The position numbers and the translations under genes were made by a program. Positions 58,562 to 64,000 of a stretch of DNA of 64,000 nucleotides are shown piece by piece; positions within the stretch are counted from its first letter, which is position 1; each line of letters opens with the position of its first letter. The notes under the pieces are model-generated. The model was not told the origin of the DNA, did not search any database, and saw only the letters and a list, made by a program, of their open reading frames with translations. Source of the DNA: Candidatus Aminicenantes bacterium (GTDB lineage: Bacteria > Acidobacteriota > Aminicenantia > Aminicenantales > Aminicenantaceae); the NCBI GenBank assembly GCA_021162615.1, contig JAGGYH010000025.1, positions 26,364 through 90,363 on the forward strand. The letters are read 5' to 3'.

Positions 58562-59425
58562 CTATTTTTTGGTTTTTCTTGATAGAAAGGCCCTTTCTAT
58601 TTCCCTGGAATGATAGGAATAGACATCCGAAGGAAATGTATTTTCTCTTACCTCTTTCACATATTGACTGATCCCATCAATGAATATCTTATTCAGGTCA
58701 ACGTATTTTTTTACATATTTAGGCAAGTATCCGGTTGAATATCCCAATAGGTCGTGGAAAACCAGAATCTGTCCATCACAAAATCGGCCAGCTCCGATAC
58801 CTATAGTAGGAATACCTAACCTGTCCGTGATAACCTCTGCCAGTTCCAAGGGAATACACTCAAGGATTATTGAAAAAACACCTGCTTCCTCCAATTTTTC
58901 TGCCTGATTTATGATCTGGTCAGCCTCTTCTTTATTCTTTCCTCTGACTTTAAAACTACCTATCCGGTTGACTGACTGGGGAGTCAGTCCAACATGGCCC
59001 ATAACAGGGACTTCTGCTTCTATCAAAGCGTGTATTATCTCCAGCCGAAAGGGAGAGGCCCCTTCTATCTTTACAGCTCTCGCTCCGGCTTCCTTTACAA
59101 AACGAAAAGCATTCCGTACAGCTTCCTGTTTGGAGATTTGAAAGCTCATATAGGGCATATCCCCTACTACAAGGGCTCTTTTGACTCCTCTGCTCACTGC
59201 TTTCGTATGGTGGATCATCTCATCCATAGTCACAGGGATGGTATCAGCATAGCCTAGAACAACCATGCCAAGGGAATCTCCCACAAGCACAATGTCCACT
59301 CCCACACTGTCAACTATCTTTGCCGTAGGAAAATCATAGGCAGTCAACGCAACAATCTTTTCTCCTTTTCTCTTTTTTTTGATCAGGTCTGGAATGATGA
59401 CCCTTTGATTTAAATTTTCAGACAT
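58562..59425 (-). CDS. panB: 3-methyl-2-oxobutanoate hydroxymethyltransferase
   Basis: LTAYD...LVGDSLGMV and KIEG blocks. Confidence 0.95.
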   Translation of the reverse strand: MSENLNQRVIIPDLIKKKRKGEKIVALTAYDFPTAKIVDSVGVDIVLVGDSLGMVVLGYADTIPVTMDEMIHHTKAVSRGVKRALVVGDMPYMSFQISKQEAVRNAFRFVKEAGARAVKIEGASPFRLEIIHALIEAEVPVMGHVGLTPQSVNRIGSFKVRGKNKEEADQIINQAEKLEEAGVFSIILECIPLELAEVITDRLGIPTIGIGAGRFCDGQILVFHDLLGYSTGYLPKYVKKYVDLNKIFIDGISQYVKEVRENTFPSDVYSYHSREIERAFLSRKTKK

Positions 59426-59478
59426 GTTTCTTCCTTTCTCCCCATCCTGCCTTTACTTATCAGGATTGAGGTAAAGTC

Positions 59479-60159
59479 TCATTTATCTGTCTTCTCTCTC
59501 TTTTTCTGGTTCTGTCTGTCCAGGGGGACATAATAAAGAGTATTTTTTTTCATCTGGGCAACTTTGTCAGCAATATCCTCCACATCTTCCTTTCTTTCAA
59601 AATCAAGATTATCTGCTTTAACGACCAGCAAAGGAGTCGCCTGATAATTGAAAAAGAAATAATCAAAGGCCTCCAGTATGTCTTCCAGATACTTTTCAGA
59701 AATATTTTTCTCCATTTCCGATCCGGTCTTTGATATCCTCTCCAGAATCGTATCCAGAGATATTTGAAGATAAATGGTTAAATCCGGCTTAGCTACTTTT
59801 TCGTAGAAAATACCGAATATTTTCTCATATACTATTAATTCTTCATCCGTCAAAGTCTGATAGGCATATATCTTGTCCTTCTCAAAAAGATAGTCACATA
59901 TGATCCGTTCTGAGAACAGATCCCTCTGCAGCAAGGTTGATTGTTGGTGATATCTATTGACAAGATAAACGAGCTGCGTCAAAAAAGCAGCCCCTTCTTT
60001 TTCTTCATAAAAATTTCTTAAGTAGGGATTATCCTCCTGGTCAAAAACAGCTTTTCCTCCAATTTCTTGAGATAATGCCTGAACCAGTCTTCTTTTCCCG
60101 GACTTCATCATTCCTTCAACAGCTATGTGGTTGAAAGGGATATCTTCCATTGGAGTCAT
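59479..60159 (-). CDS. Deoxynucleoside kinase family protein
   Basis: P-loop-like EGMMKSGKR, NPYLRNFY, FLTQLVYLVNR, and a lid region, as in dNK/dGK kinases. Confidence 0.7.
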   Translation of the reverse strand: MTPMEDIPFNHIAVEGMMKSGKRRLVQALSQEIGGKAVFDQEDNPYLRNFYEEKEGAAFLTQLVYLVNRYHQQSTLLQRDLFSERIICDYLFEKDKIYAYQTLTDEELIVYEKIFGIFYEKVAKPDLTIYLQISLDTILERISKTGSEMEKNISEKYLEDILEAFDYFFFNYQATPLLVVKADNLDFERKEDVEDIADKVAQMKKNTLYYVPLDRQNQKKREKTDK

Positions 60160-60275
60160 CAGTCTCTTTCCACTCCTCTAATCATCACTTTAAAACAGGA
60201 TTAAAATAACGAATATGTCCTAAGAAGTCAAACAGCTCATCCATCCTGACGGATCCATATTAAAATGCCGAACGG

Positions 60276-60506
60276 CTATTTGGATGACTCCCTCTTCTTT
60301 TTTGAGGAAGGAGCTTCTTCCTCCGTTGGAATAATGATCCAGGCTATAATATAAAAAACCAGCATGGGGAATAAGGCAGTGATCAAGGCAAGCCCGACAA
60401 AAATCAATCTAATGAGAGAAACATCCAGATCAAAGTATCTTGATATTCCGGTACACACCCCCGCAATCATTTTGCTGCTCTGTAATCGGAAAAGCTTTTT
60501 TGGCAT
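60276..60506 (-). CDS. PspC domain membrane protein
   Basis: KMIAGVCTGISRYFDLDVSLIRLIFV followed by a TM helix. Confidence 0.75.
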   Translation of the reverse strand: MPKKLFRLQSSKMIAGVCTGISRYFDLDVSLIRLIFVGLALITALFPMLVFYIIAWIIIPTEEEAPSSKKKRESSK

Positions 60507-60523
60507 AATCCATTCCTCCTGTT

Positions 60524-61069
60524 TTAAAGTCCGAGATCCTGGTCAATATCCTGCATGGCTTTCAAACTTATGGAAATAAGTTCATCCAGTTCAAGTCCTG
60601 TATTACTGATTTCTTGGATAACCTCTCGCTTAGCCCCCCTGGCAAAACTTTTTTCTTTATATCGTCTTTTGACAAAATCCGAATCAACCTCTCTTATTTT
60701 TTTACTGGGATGCATAAGGGCAGCGGCAACAATAAGCCCTGTTAGGGGATCTACAGAATATATGGACCAGTCCATCTTTGATTCACACTCCGATCTCCCT
60801 GAATGAGCCCTTATGGCCCTCAGGATATCTGGGTCAATATCATAATCCTTTAAGATGGTCATGGCCTCTATTCCATGCTTTTCAGGAGATTTCTCGGTCA
60901 TTTCATAATCGATATCATGCAATAATCCGGCAAGTCCCCATTTTTCGACATCCTCATTAAATTTTTTTGCAAGGGCTCTCATGCATGCTTCGACAGCAAG
61001 AGAGTGTTTAACGAGATTTTTGTTTTTTAGATATTTCTTGACTAATTTAAAAGCCTCTTCCCTGTTCAT
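60524..61069 (-). CDS. HD-domain phosphohydrolase
   Basis: H...HD signature (HSLAVE ... AGLLHDIDYE). Confidence 0.75.
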   Translation of the reverse strand: MNREEAFKLVKKYLKNKNLVKHSLAVEACMRALAKKFNEDVEKWGLAGLLHDIDYEMTEKSPEKHGIEAMTILKDYDIDPDILRAIRAHSGRSECESKMDWSIYSVDPLTGLIVAAALMHPSKKIREVDSDFVKRRYKEKSFARGAKREVIQEISNTGLELDELISISLKAMQDIDQDLGL

Positions 61070-61082
61070 GTTAAATCTCCTC

Positions 61083-62180
61083 TCACAATTTTTTTTCTAA
61101 CAATTCTTTGCCTTTTATTAAAAAAAGTATCTTACTCATATCATTCTCTTTATCATAAACCGATAAAAGCAGGGTGTCACGGAACCATAGAGGATTGGAT
61201 CTCAATTCATTTTTAACGATATATTCTCCTTTATCTTCACCCGTTTTGATATCAAAGCAGTTCACTTCTGAAGAGAGAGATGTGACCAGCAGCCGGGATC
61301 CGACGGCCTCTATTGGAAACAGGCACCGGGCAGGAATTTGGTTCCACCATAAAACCGTGCCGTTCCTATCATTCAAACAGTAAAGAACATTATTCCAGGA
61401 AACAAACAAGACACATTTCTTGCCCAGCAAAGGATAAGCATGAACTTTTCCGCCTGTTTTAACTTTCCACTCGATCTTTTTTTTCTCCATATGGATACAG
61501 TAAAAGTATTCATCGTAGGAGCCAAAATAAAGCCGGCCCTGTCTGTACACAAAGGATCCTCTGACATGACCTCCTGTTTCATACTCTTTTATTATGTCCC
61601 CATCAAAGTTTACAAAATACACTTTCCTGTCATCGCATCCAAATACAACCGTATCATCTATGACGACAGGCAATGACCGGATAGGTCCTTCTGTTTTCAT
61701 TCCCCAGAGGTATTCTCCGGAATCAGCCTCATAGGACAGAAAATTTCCGTTTTCAGTCCCGAAAAATATTTTCCCATGGGAAGCGGCTATGCCTCCCGAG
61801 ATATTTTCTTCTATGCGAGTCTTCCAAAACAATGCGCCGTTTTTACGGATACAATAAATATTGTTCATGCTGTCATAAAGAAAAATGTATTCAGTGCTAA
61901 TATATGGCGGAGAAACAAAATCAATTCCTGATGCAAACAGCAATAGCGCTCCTTGCTTAAGTTCCTCTATACAGTACAAATTCCCTTTAGAAGAAGAAAA
62001 ATACACCCTGTTCTCACTTCGTGTCATAAATCTGTTTATCTCGCCCTCGAAACAAACCTCGCCTTCCTGTATTATTGGAAAATCAAGAACCGGTTCCACA
62101 GCCGGCTCCTGTTTTTTTTGAAAAGAACAAGAACTCAGGGCATAAATAAAGACAAAATAAAATACCGCACTTCTCTTCAT
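61083..62180 (-). CDS. PQQ-like beta-propeller lipoprotein (BamB-like)
   Basis: Start chosen at MKRSAVFYFVFIYALSSC (lipobox). Repeated G...Y(C/F)... W propeller blades. Confidence 0.65.
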   Translation of the reverse strand: MKRSAVFYFVFIYALSSCSFQKKQEPAVEPVLDFPIIQEGEVCFEGEINRFMTRSENRVYFSSSKGNLYCIEELKQGALLLFASGIDFVSPPYISTEYIFLYDSMNNIYCIRKNGALFWKTRIEENISGGIAASHGKIFFGTENGNFLSYEADSGEYLWGMKTEGPIRSLPVVIDDTVVFGCDDRKVYFVNFDGDIIKEYETGGHVRGSFVYRQGRLYFGSYDEYFYCIHMEKKKIEWKVKTGGKVHAYPLLGKKCVLFVSWNNVLYCLNDRNGTVLWWNQIPARCLFPIEAVGSRLLVTSLSSEVNCFDIKTGEDKGEYIVKNELRSNPLWFRDTLLLSVYDKENDMSKILFLIKGKELLEKKL

Positions 62181-62503
62181 GATCCTTATCAAGCCAAGCT
62201 TATTCAATAATATCATTGATATCATATCATTATAACAAAACAATGGGCCCGTCAAAAGAAAAGAGCTTCATGCCCTTGCTTTACTAAACCAGAGCAAGTT
62301 GTTATTATTCCGTTTGTAAGATAATGATAAACTATATTTTGCTTTATAAAATCAGGAAGCTCGTCAAAAACATCATAAAAGAAAAAATAAAAGATGAAGA
62401 AATCGCCACAACAGAAAAATCCTGTATAGGATGTCTCGCAGACGAGCTGAGCTGGGAAATCTACTATTTAATAAAGGAAGATAAAAAAAAATAAATTATA
62501 AAT

Positions 62504-62537
62504 ACATCGCCATTTTTTTATGAATAGGTCAGGTTAA
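62504..62537 (-). repeat. Solo MITE End-B
   Basis: ACATCGCCATTTTTTTATGAATAGGTCAGGTTAA, ending 4 nt from the rarA stop codon. Confidence 0.75.
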
Positions 62538-62540
62538 TCC

Positions 62541-63932
62541 TTATAAAGGAGGTCCTTTTTTCTCTTTAATCTTTTTTTTGATCTCATTCCACCACTCCAG
62601 TCTTTTTTTCATCTCTTTTTCAAATCCCATGGACCCCGGTTCATAATATTCCCTGTTTTTAAGATTTTCCGGCATTGTTTCCATGTCTGTAGTGGCCTCA
62701 CCAAAGTCATGTGCGTATTTGTAGTCTTTTCCATAACCCTGTTTTTTCATTAATGAAGAAACAGGATTCCTTAAATGAAGAGGAACCGGTTCAAATAGAG
62801 ATGATTCCACATCTTTGACGGCTTTGCTGAATGCTTTATACACACTATTGCTTTTAGGGGCTGAAGCGAGATAAATGACCGCCTGGGCTAAAGCAAGTTC
62901 CCCTTCAGGAGAACCGATGAATTCAAAGGAGTCCTTGGCATTCAGAGCTATATTGAGAGCATTATTATCTGCAAGTCCTACATCCTCCGAAGCAAACCTG
63001 ACCAGCCTTCTTGCTATATACATCGGGTCCTCACCTGCTGCTATCATTCTTGCCAGCCAATAGAGAGAGGCATTCACATCACTGTTTCTTAAGCTTTTGT
63101 GTAAAGCAGAAATGAGATTAAAATGCTCTTCGCCTTTTTTATCATAGAGAAGAATCCTCTGCTGCAGGGCCTCTTTGACAGCTTCTAAATCTACTTTATC
63201 ATCCTTGGCCAGATGGACCGCAATCTCCAGGGTATTCAGAGCCCTTCTCGCATCGCCGTCAGCGTATACGATTACGGCGTCCATGGCTTCTTTTGATATA
63301 TGGGTCTTTCTCTCTCCCAATCCTCTTTCTCTGTCCTGTAGAGCATTATTCAGTATTTTTTCCAATGTTTCCGGCTCCAACGCATTCAACTTCAATACCT
63401 TAGTCCGTGACAAAAGGGGTGCGATCACTTCAAAAGACGGATTTTCAGTGGTCGATCCAAATAGGATAATCTCTCCTTTTTCAACATAGGGAAGAAAGGC
63501 CGCCTGTTGTGCTTTATTGAATCTGTGGATCTCATCAATGAAAATAATGGTTGGTTGCCTGTATAATCTACTGTGTTCCTCGGCCTCCTCCATCGCTTTT
63601 TTAATCTCTTTGATGCTTGAAAGAACAGCACTGTAAAACATGCAGGGGAGGTTAAAATGGTCAGCCAGGATCGCGCCAAGGGTCGTTTTTCCGGAACCCG
63701 GCGGGCCCCAGAAAATAAGAGAAATCAAACTATCAGCCTTGATGAGCTGGGCAAGTATCCGGCCTTCTCCAATAAGGTGTTCCTGGCCGTAAAACCCATC
63801 AAGACTTTTAGGCCTCATACGTTCTGCCAAGGGAGTGTGTTTCATCCTTTTAGTTGACATTCTTTTCATTTTGGTCCACTTTGTATCCCCGCCATACTCT
63901 ATATTCAGATGTATCCACTCTGTTCCTTGCAT
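62541..63932 (-). CDS. rarA: Replication-associated recombination protein A (AAA+ ATPase)
   Basis: PLAERMRP, GPPGSGKTT, IIFIDEIHRFNK and the C-terminal MgsA domain. The true start may be one of the internal ATGs (MKRM/MSTK/MKHT), which would make the gene shorter than the listed ORF. Confidence 0.9.
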   Translation of the reverse strand: MQGTEWIHLNIEYGGDTKWTKMKRMSTKRMKHTPLAERMRPKSLDGFYGQEHLIGEGRILAQLIKADSLISLIFWGPPGSGKTTLGAILADHFNLPCMFYSAVLSSIKEIKKAMEEAEEHSRLYRQPTIIFIDEIHRFNKAQQAAFLPYVEKGEIILFGSTTENPSFEVIAPLLSRTKVLKLNALEPETLEKILNNALQDRERGLGERKTHISKEAMDAVIVYADGDARRALNTLEIAVHLAKDDKVDLEAVKEALQQRILLYDKKGEEHFNLISALHKSLRNSDVNASLYWLARMIAAGEDPMYIARRLVRFASEDVGLADNNALNIALNAKDSFEFIGSPEGELALAQAVIYLASAPKSNSVYKAFSKAVKDVESSLFEPVPLHLRNPVSSLMKKQGYGKDYKYAHDFGEATTDMETMPENLKNREYYEPGSMGFEKEMKKRLEWWNEIKKKIKEKKGPPL

Positions 63933-64000
63933 ATTCTTTATGCCATCCGTCTGGAACAGGCATCTCCCTATATAATAATCTCCTTTTTGCCTCCAATAAA

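Noticed and set aside
62324-62494. 56-codon plus-strand ORF (MINYILLYKIRKLV...SCIGCLADELSWEIYYLIKEDKKK) between the BamB-like gene and rarA
   Set aside because: It has no Shine-Dalgarno, is lysine/isoleucine-rich as expected from AT-rich non-coding DNA, and has only a single CxxC. It was not reported as a gene.
7166-62537. Whether the recurring TTAACCTG... repeats are a CRISPR array or att sites
   Set aside because: Copies are kilobases apart, differ in length and orientation, and are nested deletion variants with inverted termini. There are no regularly spaced spacers, cas genes or integrase. They were classified as a MITE-like dispersed repeat.

Overview
AT-rich 64-kb chromosomal segment from a bacterium with a Gram-negative-type envelope (LPS heptose genes, BamB-like and CsgG-like lipoproteins). 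It is densely coded: about 59 supportable CDS and 2 tRNAs, with no rRNA, CRISPR array, transposase, integrase or phage genes visible. All functions were assigned by reading motifs in the supplied translations and the DNA; no database, HMM or folding tool was used. Housekeeping content: uvrB-uvrC, secA, guaB, panB-panC-panD, feoA-feoB, rarA, a deoxynucleoside kinase, tRNA-Leu(CAA) and tRNA-Gly(CCC). Modules: an ABC-2/GldG-like/DUF4340-like operon; a pdaD / deoxyhypusine-synthase-like / ureohydrolase polyamine cluster; two exported C69 dipeptidases; tandem CNNM/CorC transporters plus an HDAC-like amidohydrolase; an ADP-heptose/heptosyltransferase cluster; and two ECF sigma/anti-sigma envelope-stress modules (one with HtrA, one with LiaF-like and DUF4097-like proteins). 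There is also a seven-gene acyl-CoA operon joining an archaeal-type HMG-CoA synthase/thiolase/DUF35 trio to methylcrotonyl-CoA-carboxylase-like genes. Most unusual observations: (1) three signal-peptide-bearing paralogues whose motif order matches the type II PI 4-kinase branch of the PI3/4-kinase fold. One of them is translationally coupled to a Shewanella-like PPP phosphatase and has a degenerate catalytic loop. (2) A previously unnamed nested MITE-like repeat family with nine copies or fragments in the window. It has TTAACCTG termini and a long hairpin core, several copies sit on gene stop codons, and two copies bracket a kinase-like + PilZ cassette with a perfect 18-bp inverted repeat. (3) The composition of the acyl-CoA operon and its split biotin carboxylase / BT-BCCP genes.
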